Shown here: one piece after another, positions 1 through 9,118 of the stretch
Numbering within the stretch: position 1 is the first letter of the stretch
How the letters are laid out: every line of letters begins with the position of its first letter
Notes under the pieces: generated by a model
Databases searched by the model: none
Seen by the model: the letters and a program-made list of their open reading frames with translations, nothing else
Told to the model about the DNA's origin: nothing
Position numbers and translations under genes: made by a program
Assembly (NCBI GenBank): GCA_963722275.1
Contig: CAVRMX010000040.1
Span: 50 to 64,049 of the forward strand
Reading direction: 5' to 3'
Length of the DNA stretch: 64,000 nucleotides
Source of the DNA: an uncultured Actinomycetes bacterium
GTDB taxonomy: Bacteria > Actinomycetota > Actinomycetes > Streptosporangiales > Streptosporangiaceae

Positions 1-601
1 GCCGCTGCCGTCCGGCGCCCTGGTCCGGATAGCGCTGCTCCGGGTAATACTGCCCGGTGTAGTCGCCGACGTAATCCTGCGTGCTCTGCGGCGCCTGGAA
101 TCCTTGGGACGACGCCGGGCCGGGAGGAAGCGCCAGCGGGGCCGGGGGCAGCGCCCGGGCTACCTGCGGCGGGGCTGGCGGGGCTACCTGCGGCGGGGCT
201 GGAGCAAAAACCATCGTGCCGGCCGAGTCGTCGGATCGCAGCGCGCGGAAGTCTCCGGTGACCGGGCCGGTGAAATCCGTGTCGCGGCCGCCGTAACCGC
301 CAGGCAGCGCCGTCAGCCTCGGGTCGGTCGGCGCGCCAGGGAGCTGGCTGGCGTACGCACCTGAGCCGCGGGGGTCAGGGGCCTGCGCGCCGCGCTGCAA
401 GGCGTCGATCAGCCTCGGCAGTTCCTCCATCGGAAGCCGGAACGTGCCGGTGCAGGTGCCTCCCTGCCAGATGCTGAAGACAGAGACCCCGGTGTCCGCG
501 TACCAGCTCAGGCGCATGCTGCGGGAGCTGCCGCGTACGTCGAAGAAAACCTCGCCGAGCCGGGGCAGCGGCGCTGCGTCCGACGCTGACATGGTGCCCA
601 T
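1..601 (-). CDS. hypothetical protein (start inside the window, 3' end runs off the left edge); structured N-terminal domain, then a Pro/Gln/Tyr-rich tail
   Basis: Absent from the ORF track because no stop lies inside the window. Minus-strand ATG at 601-599 with GAAGGGAG about 10 nt upstream. My translation MGTMSASDAAPLPRLGEVFFDVRGSSRSMRLSWYADTGVSVFSIWQGGTCTGTFRLPMEELPRLIDAL... stays open to position 1. Confidence 0.5.
   Translation of the reverse strand, partial: MGTMSASDAAPLPRLGEVFFDVRGSSRSMRLSWYADTGVSVFSIWQGGTCTGTFRLPMEELPRLIDALQRGAQAPDPRGSGAYASQLPGAPTDPRLTALPGGYGGRDTDFTGPVTGDFRALRSDDSAGTMVFAPAPPQVAPPAPPQVARALPPAPLALPPGPASSQGFQAPQSTQDYVGDYTGQYYPEQRYPDQGAGRQR
157..204. repeat. 2 x 24-bp tandem repeat (gggctacctgcggcggggctggcg), in frame in the Pro-rich tail of the 1..601 ORF
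   Basis: Two adjacent copies identical at 23 of 24 positions. They encode the duplicated APPQVA-type segment on the minus strand. Confidence 0.8.
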
Positions 602-979
602 CGTGGCCTTGCTCCCTTCTCTTTGTCCAGTTCGTCACCAACACTCTCCAGCAGGCTAGCTGGAGGCCGGAATTCAGGTAGGGAATTTCGTCACCCCGCA
701 TGCAAGACCGGTGTCGCGGGTGGCATCATTATCGACGGGCATGCAGCGGCCTGCGCAAAGGTTTAGCAGAACGAGTGAACCGGTGCGCGGGCGCCAGCCG
801 TTCGGTATGGTAACCACTTACCTACGCGGTCGCCGTAGCCGGGCACGGGAACACTACGTCGCGAAGACGCGTTGTATCTTGCAACGGAGGCTTCCGGACA
901 GGGCATTGTTCGCGTGTTCACGAGCCTCCGCTCCACTGTAACGCACCATTTGATGCATCTTGGTTGAGGTGATTGATCC

Positions 980-1279
980 ATGTCTCAGGTACGTCGGCAG
1001 TCAGCTGTGCTTCCCCGCCCGAACTGGGGGTGGCAAGATGCTGCCGCGTGCAAGGGCGAAGACCTGTTGCTCTTCTTCGGCCCCGACGGTGAGCGCCAGC
1101 CGGAGCGGGAGATCAGGGAGCGGAAGGCCAAGGAAGTCTGCGCTGCTTGCCCGGTGCGGCTCGAATGCCTGAACTACGCGGTTTCGCGGCCGGAGAAGTA
1201 CGGCACGTGGGGTGGCCTGAACGAGGATGAGCGGTCGGCCGAGCGCCGCCGCCGCATGCGTCGCGCCAACGCCGCTTAG
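980..1279 (+). CDS. WhiB-family Fe-S transcriptional regulator
   Basis: 99 aa. Four Cys in the WhiB arrangement (C...C-x2-C-x5-C: AACKGED...VCAACPVRLEC), the GTWGGL turn and a basic C-terminal tail. A long, lower-GC upstream region (about 640-979) is typical of wbl promoters. Confidence 0.9.
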   Translation: MSQVRRQSAVLPRPNWGWQDAAACKGEDLLLFFGPDGERQPEREIRERKAKEVCAACPVRLECLNYAVSRPEKYGTWGGLNEDERSAERRRRMRRANAA

Positions 1280-1308
1280 GCCGGACCGCCTAGGCCTAAG
1301 AACCCGGC

Positions 1309-1971
1309 TCAGCCGAGCAGCGCCAGTACGTCGGCGTCGGTCAGCTGGCCGAACGATGTGTACCACTCCCCCACGGACCGGAACCGCCGGGGCGTCGCCA
1401 AGATGATCACTCGGTCGGCTTCCGCGTGCATCTCTTCCGCCGCGGCCGGCGCGGCGACCGGGATCGCTAGCACGAGATAGGCCGCCTGCGCCGCACGCAG
1501 CGACCGAAGCGCCGCCCGTGCGGTCGCGCCGGTCGCCAGGCCGTCATCCACCACGATCACGCACCATCCGGCGACCCGCGGCAGCGGGCGGCCGCCTCGG
1601 TACGCCTGCACCCGCCTGGCCAGCTCGACTTGCTCGGCGGCGACGACCGGAGCCAGGTCGGCTTGCGAGAGCGACAGCCGGCCGAGCAGATCGGCGTCGT
1701 ACACGGCCGTTCCCAGGCCCTCCGCGATGGCGCCCACGCCCAGTTCGGGCTGGCGTGGATAGCCGATCTTCCTGGTCACGATGACGTTCATCGGCACGCC
1801 CAGGGCGATGGCGACTTGTTTCGCCACGGCCACCCCGCCCCTGGGCAGGGCGAGCACCACGGTCCGTTCGGCCCAATCGTCCAGGGCCAGGGCACGAGCG
1901 AGCCGTTCCGCCAGCAAGGTCCCGGCGGTCCGTCGGTCCGGGAAGGGGAGCAGGTACTCACCCTGGCGCAT
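1309..1971 (-). CDS. phosphoribosyltransferase-family protein
   Basis: 220 aa. PRTase PRPP-binding loop VIVVDDGLATGATARAA, and an N-terminal ALPRGGVAVA motif. Confidence 0.8.
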   Translation of the reverse strand: MRQGEYLLPFPDRRTAGTLLAERLARALALDDWAERTVVLALPRGGVAVAKQVAIALGVPMNVIVTRKIGYPRQPELGVGAIAEGLGTAVYDADLLGRLSLSQADLAPVVAAEQVELARRVQAYRGGRPLPRVAGWCVIVVDDGLATGATARAALRSLRAAQAAYLVLAIPVAAPAAAEEMHAEADRVIILATPRRFRSVGEWYTSFGQLTDADVLALLG

Positions 1972-2005
1972 GTCCCGGATTTACCCGCGTAAGGGGACGC
2001 AATGC

Positions 2006-2170
2006 GTGGATGAGTCGCACAATGGAAACATGATCTGCGTCCCGTGCCGGAAGCGCCACCATGAGGAGTGCCCCGGCGGCACCTGGTGCGACTGCCAGCA
2101 CCTCCCGCCGGCCGGGCAGCCCGGGCTTACCGGGGCGGAGCCATCGCTCAGCTGGCTCCGCCAGGGTTAG
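2006..2170 (+). CDS. small Cys/His-rich (probable metal-binding) protein
   Basis: GTG 2006 with AAGGGGA 8 nt upstream (alternative ATG 2030). Translation VDESHNGNMICVPCRKRHHEECPGGTWCDCQH.... It is embedded in track ORF 1781..2170, whose upstream part is antisense to the PRTase gene. Confidence 0.45.
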   Translation: MDESHNGNMICVPCRKRHHEECPGGTWCDCQHLPPAGQPGLTGAEPSLSWLRQG

Positions 2171-2234
2171 GCCGGGAGACAGCAACGCCGGGAGACAGCA
2201 ACGCCGGGAGACAGCAACGCCGGGAGACAGCAAC
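2171..2234. repeat. perfect 4 x 16-bp tandem repeat (gccgggagacagcaac)
   Basis: Four exact head-to-tail copies start on the nucleotide after the stop of the small Cys-rich ORF. Unit length is not a multiple of 3, so the repeat is non-coding. Confidence 0.95.
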
Positions 2235-2592
2235 CGGGAATAGGGACCGGCATGGCCACGTTGCCACGCGTATGCCGCAGGATGTGACACTTCGCACCGT
2301 CCACATGACGGACGATGCCTGGACAGCCTGGTCCGTTACATGTGATCCTGGCGTCATGAGTGTTACGGACCCGCTGCTCGTCGTGCGACGGCACGTCGAC
2401 TTCCTGCGCGTCCGCAGTGCCATCTGTCTACTCGCCCGATAATCGCCGGCCCGGATTCTGCCACCGGGCGCGCGCGCGATGCCGGGCGCCATCCTGCTGG
2501 ACCCCGCGGCTGAGCCGCGTCTAAACGGGCGACCAGCGGAGCCCAGGTTCTCGTGACAGGCGCGTCCCCGAACCTGAAGGAACCCTCTCCAC

Positions 2593-4272
2593 ATGCCAGT
2601 CGTAACTGGGACCAAGCGTAAACGCGGCGAAGGCCAGTGGGCGCTCGGCTATCGCGAGCCGCTCAACAAGAACGAGGAAAGCAAGCGAAACGACGACGGG
2701 CTCAACGTCCGTCAGCGGATCATCGACATCTACTCGAAGTACGGCTTCGACTCCATCGACCCAGCCGACCTGCGCGGCCGGTTCCGCTGGTACGGGCTGT
2801 ACACCCAGCGCCGGCCCGGCATCGACGGCGGCAAGACCGCGGTGCTCGAGCCGGAGGAGCTCGACGACCGCTACTTCATGCTGCGGATCCGCATCGACGG
2901 CGGCCGGCTTTCCAACGACCAGCTGCGGGTCATCGCCTACATCTCGCGCCGGTACGCGCGCGGCACCGCGGACGTGACCGACCGGCAGAACATCCAGCTG
3001 CACTGGATCGAGATCGAGAGCGTCCCCGACATCTGGGAGGCGCTCGAGTCGGTGGGCCTGTCCACCACCGAGGCCTGCGGTGACACCCCGCGGGTGATCC
3101 TCGGCTGCCCGCTGGCCGGCATCGACGCAAACGAGATCATCGACGGCACGCCGGAGATCGCCGCCATCGGCGAGCGGTACATCGGCGACGCCGCGTTCTC
3201 CAACCTGCCGCGCAAGTTCAAGACCTCGATCAGCGGCTGCTCGGCGCAGTGCGCCATCCACGAGATCAACGACGTGGCGTTCGTGGGCGTGCTGAACGCG
3301 AACCAGGAGCCGGGCTACGACCTGTGGGTCGGCGGGGGCCTGTCCACCAACCCGATGATCGGCAAGCGGCTCGGCGCGTTCGTCCGGCCGGCCCAGGTGG
3401 CCGAGGTCTGGGCGGGCGTGGCCGGGCTGTTCAGGGACTACGGCTACCGGCGCCTGCGGCACCGGGCCAGGATCAAGTTCCTGGTCGCGGACTGGGGCCC
3501 GGAGAAGTTCCGCGAGGTACTGGAGAAGGAGTATCTCGGCTACGCCCTGCCAGACGGCCCGTCCCCCGACGCGCCGCGCGACGGGATCCGCGACCATGTG
3601 GGCGTGCACCGGCAGCGCGACGGCAACTACTACGTCGGCTTCGCGCCCGTCGTGGGCCGGCTGTCGGCCGACGCGCTCGACGTGATCGCCGACCTGGCGG
3701 CCAGGTACGGCAGCGGCCGGGTGCACACCACCACCGAGCAGAAGATGGTTATCCTCGACGTGCCACCGGAGCGCACCGACGAGCTCGTGGCCGAGCTGGA
3801 CAAGTCTGGCCTGCCGGCCCGCCCCAGCGCGTTCCGCAGGCACACGATGGCCTGCACCGGCATCGAGTTCTGCAAGCTGGCCATCGTCGAGACCAAGGCC
3901 AGGGCCGCCGACCTGATCAGCGAGCTCGAACGGCGCCTGCCCGGCTTCGACGCCCCGGTCACGATCAACGTGAACGGCTGCCCGAACTCCTGCGCCCGGA
4001 TCCAGACCGCTGACATCGGCCTGAAGGGCTCGCTGGTCACCGGTCCGGACGGGCAGCAGGTCGAGGGCTTCCAGGTGCACCTGGGCGGCAGCCTGAACGG
4101 CGGCGACGGCTCGGGCTCGGGCTTCGGCCGCAAGGTGCGCGGGCTCAAGACCACGGCCGAGGAACTGCCTGACTACGTGGAACGGGTGCTGCGCCGGTTC
4201 GACGCGGCCCGCCAGCCCGGCGAGAGCTTCGCCGCCTGGACCGTTCGGGCGAGCGAGGAGGAGCTCGCATGA
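2593..4272 (+). CDS. sirA: ferredoxin-dependent sulfite reductase (siroheme/4Fe-4S; SirA/NirA type)
   Basis: 559 aa. Nitrite/sulfite reductase architecture with the cysteine cluster MACTGIEFCKLA...NGCPNSCAR. Followed by cysH and cbiX, as in actinobacterial sulfate-assimilation operons. Confidence 0.9.
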   Translation: MPVVTGTKRKRGEGQWALGYREPLNKNEESKRNDDGLNVRQRIIDIYSKYGFDSIDPADLRGRFRWYGLYTQRRPGIDGGKTAVLEPEELDDRYFMLRIRIDGGRLSNDQLRVIAYISRRYARGTADVTDRQNIQLHWIEIESVPDIWEALESVGLSTTEACGDTPRVILGCPLAGIDANEIIDGTPEIAAIGERYIGDAAFSNLPRKFKTSISGCSAQCAIHEINDVAFVGVLNANQEPGYDLWVGGGLSTNPMIGKRLGAFVRPAQVAEVWAGVAGLFRDYGYRRLRHRARIKFLVADWGPEKFREVLEKEYLGYALPDGPSPDAPRDGIRDHVGVHRQRDGNYYVGFAPVVGRLSADALDVIADLAARYGSGRVHTTTEQKMVILDVPPERTDELVAELDKSGLPARPSAFRRHTMACTGIEFCKLAIVETKARAADLISELERRLPGFDAPVTINVNGCPNSCARIQTADIGLKGSLVTGPDGQQVEGFQVHLGGSLNGGDGSGSGFGRKVRGLKTTAEELPDYVERVLRRFDAARQPGESFAAWTVRASEEELA

Positions 4273-4415
4273 CTAACAGGGCCGTTCCTTTCTACTGCCC
4301 TTACTGCGGCGAGGAGGACCTCGAACCGCAAGGTGCGGCCGACGGTGAATGGCATTGCCGCAGTTGCACACGGTCTTTCCAGCTACGCTTTGCCGGAATA
4401 GGAGTCACACTGTGA
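4269..4415 (+). CDS. 48-aa zinc-ribbon protein of the sirA-cysH operon
   Basis: Below the ORF-track size cutoff. Its ATG overlaps the sirA stop (ATGA) and its stop overlaps the cysH GTG (GTGA). Translation MTNRAVPFYCPYCGEEDLEPQGAADGEWHCRSCTRSFQLRFAGIGVTL has two CxxC pairs. Confidence 0.6.
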   Translation: MTNRAVPFYCPYCGEEDLEPQGAADGEWHCRSCTRSFQLRFAGIGVTL

Positions 4416-5146
4416 GCCCCGTCGTAACGCGCGGCCTGGCGCAGCAGACCAGCCTGGAGGACCCCGAGCAGATGCGAACCCTCGCCGAACAGGCCGCGGA
4501 GGAACTTGCCGACGCGCCGGCCGAAGAGGTAATTCGCTGGGCGGTGGACACGTTCGGTGACCGGATCTGCATCACCTCCTCCATGACCGACGCGGTCATC
4601 ATCCATCTCGCCTCGTCCGTCCACCCGGGCATCGATGTGGTGTTCCTCGACACCGGCTACCACTTCGCCGAGACCATCGGCACCAGGGACGCCGTCGAGG
4701 TGGTGTACCCGATCCACCTGGTCAACGTCACCCCGTCGCGCACCGTGGCCGAACAGGACGCCGAACTCGGGCCGAGGCTGTTCGGGCGCAACCCGGACCT
4801 GTGCTGCTACCTGCGCAAGGTCGAGCCGCTCGAGCGGGCGCTGACCAACTACGACGCCTGGATCACCGGCGTGCGCCGGGACGAGACCAACAACCGCCGC
4901 CAGTCCCAGGTCGTCGAGTGGGACGACCGGCGGGAGATGGTCAAGGTCAACCCGATCGTCAGCTGGACGCAGAAGCAGGTGGACGAGTTCATCACCACCA
5001 ACAGCGTGCTGGTGAACCCGCTGGTCTACGACGGCTACCCGTCGATCGGCTGCGCGACCTGCACGCTCCGCGTCGAGCCGGGCGCGGACCCGCGCAGCGG
5101 CCGCTGGGCCGGGACCGGCAAGACGGAGTGCGGTATCCATGCCTGA
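4412..5146 (+). CDS. cysH: phosphoadenosine/adenosine phosphosulfate reductase (Fe-S type)
   Basis: GTG 4412 is in frame with track ORF 4349..5146. C-terminal ECGIH motif plus the CC...CxxC cysteines (DLCCYLRK, SIGCATCT) typical of Fe-S APS/PAPS reductases. Confidence 0.9.
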   Translation: MSPVVTRGLAQQTSLEDPEQMRTLAEQAAEELADAPAEEVIRWAVDTFGDRICITSSMTDAVIIHLASSVHPGIDVVFLDTGYHFAETIGTRDAVEVVYPIHLVNVTPSRTVAEQDAELGPRLFGRNPDLCCYLRKVEPLERALTNYDAWITGVRRDETNNRRQSQVVEWDDRREMVKVNPIVSWTQKQVDEFITTNSVLVNPLVYDGYPSIGCATCTLRVEPGADPRSGRWAGTGKTECGIHA

Positions 5147-6034
5147 AGGTGACTCTGCTAGCCCGGGGGGACCCATCCCCCCAGACTCCCCTTGGACCCC
5201 CTCGGCCACCCTGCGGGGGGTACTAGTCGCGGTCGCGCACGGCAGCACGGACCCGCGCGCCTCGGCCACCATCGCGGAGCTGGCGGCGGTGGCCAGGGAG
5301 CGCTCGCCCGGGCTGGACCTGCGTACCGCCTTCCTCGGCCATGCCCCGCCGTCGCTGCCTCAGGTCCTGGGCACGATCGAGGCGGACCGCGAGGTAACCG
5401 TCCTGCCGCTGCTGCTCACGGCGGCGTACCACAGCAAGGCCGACCTCCCCCGCATGCTGGCCAGGACTTCGCGGCGGGTCAGGTACGGCGACACCCTCGG
5501 GCCGCACCCGCTGTTGCTGAGTGCGCTGGAACGCCGCCTCGCTGAGGCAGATCCCGAAGGCCTCGAGGACCCGGCGCGCACCGCGGTGGTGCTCGCGGCG
5601 GCCGGCTCCAGCGACCCCGAGGCGAATGCCACCATCTCCCGGATGGCGGCGCAGTGGCGGGCCAGGACCGGATGGTTCGCGGTCCGGCCGGCTACGCCTC
5701 GGCCGCAGAGCCCTCCCCCGCGGCGGCGGTAGCCGGCCTGCTGCGGGACGGGGCGCCACGGGTGGCGGTCGCGACCTACCTGCTGGCCCCGGGCCTGTTC
5801 GCCGACCGGATCCGCCAGGCCGCGCTGGCCGCGGGCGCGGTCGCCGTGTCCCCCGCGCTCGGCGCCCGTGCCGAGGTGGCGGACGTCCTGCTGGACCGGT
5901 TTGCCGAAGCGAGATCACAGCGGCGCAGCGCAGCACGAGTCAGCGCAGCAGAGTCAGCGCAAGAGTCAGCGCAGCACGAGTCAGCGCAGCACGAGTCAGC
6001 GCAGCACGAGTCAGCGCAGCATAAGTCGGGGTGA
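5139..6034 (+). pseudogene. cbiX: sirohydrochlorin ferrochelatase (CbiX/SirB type); reading frame broken by an apparent 1-nt deletion near 5692
   Basis: The N-terminal half (VAVAHGSTDP...LLLTAAYHSKADLP...AAAGSSDPEANA) is in the 5139 frame. The C-terminal half (YASAAEPS...RVAVATYLLAPGLFADRI) is in the 5654 frame. One extra base between 5692 and 5693 would give ...FAVRPAYASAAEPS.... The N-terminus carries repeat copy A and the C-terminus carries ESAQH repeats. Confidence 0.75.
5163..5220. repeat. G6/C6-hairpin dispersed repeat, copy A
   Basis: Core ccggggggacccatccccccagactccccttgga (5163-5196). Near-identical cores lie at 19346-19379 and 26872-26906. GGGGGGA-CCCA-TCCCCCC forms a perfect 7-bp stem. 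Confidence 0.85.
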
Positions 6035-6075
6035 CGTAAGCCGGGGCGACGTAAGTCGGGCGGGTAAATCTGGGT
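5937..6075. repeat. two adjacent families of about 15-bp tandem repeats
   Basis: Six units of gagtcagcgcagcac-type repeat (5937-6022, encoding ESAQH x3-4 in the cbiX tail). Then aagtcggggtgacgt / aagccggggcgacgt / aagtcgggcgggt / aaatctgggt (6023-6075). Confidence 0.9.
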
Positions 6076-6219
6076 AAAACTCCCGATAACCCTCGAGAAA
6101 ACCGAGGAACCCCGACCCGCTGGTCACGATCCGGTATCGTACGTCCCTCCGGGCATACGCTAACCCGGTAGAATCGGCCGCTGGCCGAACGCGACCCGAC
6201 TGGCCGCCAAAGGGGGCGA

Positions 6220-8335
6220 TTGCGTATCTGGCCGGGAACGCCATACCCGCTTGGTGCGACATGGGACGGATGGGGCACGAATTTCACCCTTTTTTCCGAG
6301 GTCGCGGAACGCGTAGAGCTTTGCCTCTTCGACGAGGCCGACGAGGGTAACGGCTCGCTCACCGAGACCAGGGTCGAACTGACCGAGATCGACGGCTTCG
6401 TCTGGCACGGTTACCTGCCCGGCATCGCGCCGGGGCAGCGCTACGGCTATCGCGTGCACGGGCCGTACGATCCGCCGCGCGGGCTGCGCTGCGAAGGGTC
6501 CAAGCTGGTGCTCGACCCGTACGGCAAGGCGGTCGAGGGTGACCTGCGCTGGGACGAGTCCCTGTTCGACTACCAGTTCGCCCACCCCAGGAAGCGCAAT
6601 ACCAGGGACAGCGCGCCGTACATGCCGAAGAACGTGGTCATCAACCCGTTCTTCGACTGGGGCAACGACCGGGCGCCGCAGATCCCCTACCACGAGACGA
6701 TCATCTACGAGGCACACGTCCGCGGGCTGACGCTGTGCCATCCGGAGGTCCCGGCGGCTCAGCGCGGCACCTACGCCGGGCTCGCCCACCCCGCGGTGAT
6801 CGCGCACCTGCAGCGGCTCGGGGTGACCGCCGTCGAGCTCATGCCGGTGCACCAGTTCGTCGCCGAGCAGTCCCTGGTCGCCCGCGGCCTGACCAACTAC
6901 TGGGGCTACAACACGATCGGCTTCCTGGCCCCGCACAACAGGTACTCCTCGGCTGGCCAGCGCGGTGAGCAGGTCGGCGAGTTCAAGTCGATGGTGAAGG
7001 CGCTGCACGAGGCCGGCATCGAGGTCATCCTCAACGTGGTCTACAACCACACCGCCGAGGGCGACCACATGGGGCCCACGCTGTCCTTCCGCGGTATCGA
7101 CAACGCCGCCTACTACCGGCTGTCGGACTCCGAGCGCTGGCGCTACCTGGACTACACCGGCTGCGGGAACAGCCTCAACGCCCGCAACCCGCACTCGCTG
7201 CAGCTCGTCATGGACTCGCTGCGGTACTGGATCCTGGAGATGCACGTCGACGGGTTCCGGTTCGACCTGGCCGCCGCGCTGGCCAGGGAACTGCACGACG
7301 TGGACCGGCTGTCCACCTTCTTCAACCTGGTCCAGCAGGACCCGGTGGTCTCCCAGGTGAAGCTGATCGCCGAGCCGTGGGACGTCGGCGAGGGCGGCTA
7401 CCAGGTCGGCAACTTCCCGCCGCTGTGGACCGAATGGAACGGCAAGTACCGCGACGCGGTCCGCGACTTCTGGCGCGGCCGGCCATCCGCCGTGCCGGAC
7501 TTCGCGTCCCGGCTCACCGGCTCGAGCGACCTTTACGCGACGAGCGGGCGCCGCCCGGTCGCCTCGATCAACTTCGTCACCTGCCACGACGGGTTCACCC
7601 TGAACAACCTGGTCAGCTACAACCACAAGCACAACGAGGCCAACGGCGAGGGAAACCGGGACGGCGCCGACGACAACCGCTCGTGGAATTGCGGCGCGGA
7701 AGGACCAGCCGACGATCCCGCCATCAATGAGCTGCGGGCCAGGCAGAAGCGGAACTTCCTGGTCACCTTGTTCCTGTCGCAGGGCGTCCCGATGCTGCTG
7801 GCCGGTGACGAGATGGGCCGCACCCAGGCCGGCAACAACAACGGCTACTGCCAGGACACCCAGCTGTCCTGGCTGGACTGGGGCCTGGCCGCCGGCGAGC
7901 AGGACCTGCTGCAGTTCACCGAGACGCTGGCGGGCCTGCGCCGCGACCACCCGGTGTTCCGCAGGCGCCGGTTCTTCCGCGGCCCGGGCCCGGACGGCGA
8001 ACAAGGCGACATCGTTCTGGCTCACCCCGGCCGGCGAGGTGATGACCGACTCGGACTGGGGCGCCAGCTACGCGAAGTCGCTCGCGGTGTTCCTCAACGG
8101 GGACGCGATCAGCGAGCCCGACCCGCGCGGCGGGAAGATCAGCGACGCCAAGTTCCTGCTGCTGTTCAACGCGCACAGCAATCCGCTCACGTTCACCCTG
8201 CCCGAGGCCAGCTACGCGGCCGGCTGGGAGGTCGTCATCGACACCTCGCTCGGGGTGCCCGGGGCGATCCACCCGCCGAAGAAGGAAATCGAGGTCCGCG
8301 ACCGCGCCGTCGTCGTGCTACGGTCCACCCAGTGA
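6220..8335 (+). pseudogene. glgX: glycogen debranching enzyme GlgX (GH13); frame break near 8011-8017
   Basis: TTG 6220 with AAAGGGGG upstream. Translation [17 protein letters not shown]..., plus GH13 motifs [22 protein letters not shown] and [10 protein letters not shown]. The C-terminal roughly 105 aa ([16 protein letters not shown]...VVVLRSTQ) lie in the 7727..8335 frame. The track ORF 6220..9078 reads through by chance into the next gene. Confidence 0.85.
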
Positions 8336-9078
8336 GCCCGCGCCAGCTGTTCCCGGTCGCCGCAGACCAGCCGGACCTGCCCGCACTGTATGCCTATCCG
8401 GACGGCCGGTGGCTGCGCGCCAACATGGTGGCGAGCGCGGACGGCGCCGCGACCCTGGACGGCGCCTCGGCGGGCCTGTCCTCCGACACGGACCGGCGGG
8501 TGTTCGCGCTGCTGCGCACGCTGTCCGACGTCATCCTGGTCGGCGCCGCGACGGCGCGCGCCGAGCGGTACAAGCCGGTCAGGCCGCGAGAGCTCTGGCG
8601 TGACCTGCGGGACGAAGGGTCCGGCCGGACGCTGACCCCGCCGATCGCGGTGGTCACCCGGCGGCTCGACCTCGACCCGGACAGCCCGCTGATTACCGCG
8701 GCCCCGCCGGACGCCCGCACGATCGTCATCACCACGGCGAAGGCCCCGCGGGACGTCCGGACCGCCATCGAGCCGCACGCCGACGTGATCATCGCCGGCC
8801 AGGAGACTGTCGACTTCGAGGCCGCGGTGAACGCGCTGGCCGAACGCGGCCTCCGGCGGATCCTCGCCGAGGGAGGCCCGCGCCTGCTCGCCCAGTTGCT
8901 CGAGGCCGGACTGCTGGACGAACTGTGCCTGACCATCGGCCCGCTGCTGGCCGGCCCGGGCGCGGGCCGGATCGTGGCGGGAACGGGGCCGGCCACCCCG
9001 CCGTTGCCGCTGAACCTGGCTCACGTACTGGCGGACGACGGCTTCCTGCTCTGCCGGTACACCAGGAAAGACCATTAA
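8332..9078 (+). CDS. RibD C-terminal domain (pyrimidine/dihydrofolate reductase-like) family protein
   Basis: GTG 8332 overlaps the glgX stop (GTGA). Translation VSPRQLF...[22 protein letters not shown]...[22 protein letters not shown] is typical of RibD_C family proteins. Confidence 0.75.
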   Translation: MSPRQLFPVAADQPDLPALYAYPDGRWLRANMVASADGAATLDGASAGLSSDTDRRVFALLRTLSDVILVGAATARAERYKPVRPRELWRDLRDEGSGRTLTPPIAVVTRRLDLDPDSPLITAAPPDARTIVITTAKAPRDVRTAIEPHADVIIAGQETVDFEAAVNALAERGLRRILAEGGPRLLAQLLEAGLLDELCLTIGPLLAGPGAGRIVAGTGPATPPLPLNLAHVLADDGFLLCRYTRKDH

Positions 9079-9118
9079 CCCGAACGGGCCGGGCGCGTGC
9101 CCCGGCCACGCATCATGT

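Noticed and set aside
2521-4080. Long ORFs antisense to or overlapping well-supported genes. Examples: 2521..4080(-), 6160..8025(-), 12436..14469(-), 17849..19417(+), 24553..26043(+), 30697..31912(+), 34954..37347(+), 36299..38215(+), 46610..48346(+), 58503..60050(+).
   Set aside because: Their translations are Arg/Pro/Gly/Ala-rich low-complexity strings with no recognisable motifs. This is typical of stop-free alternative frames in very GC-rich DNA. In each case the opposite or overlapping frame encodes a clearly homologous protein.
5155-5230. CTAG tetranucleotides flanking repeat copy A (gCTAGcc...gtaCTAGtc) as a target-site duplication indicating transposition.
   Set aside because: Copies B and C do not show matching flanking duplications; only B has a ctag, on one side. 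A 4-bp match can easily be chance.
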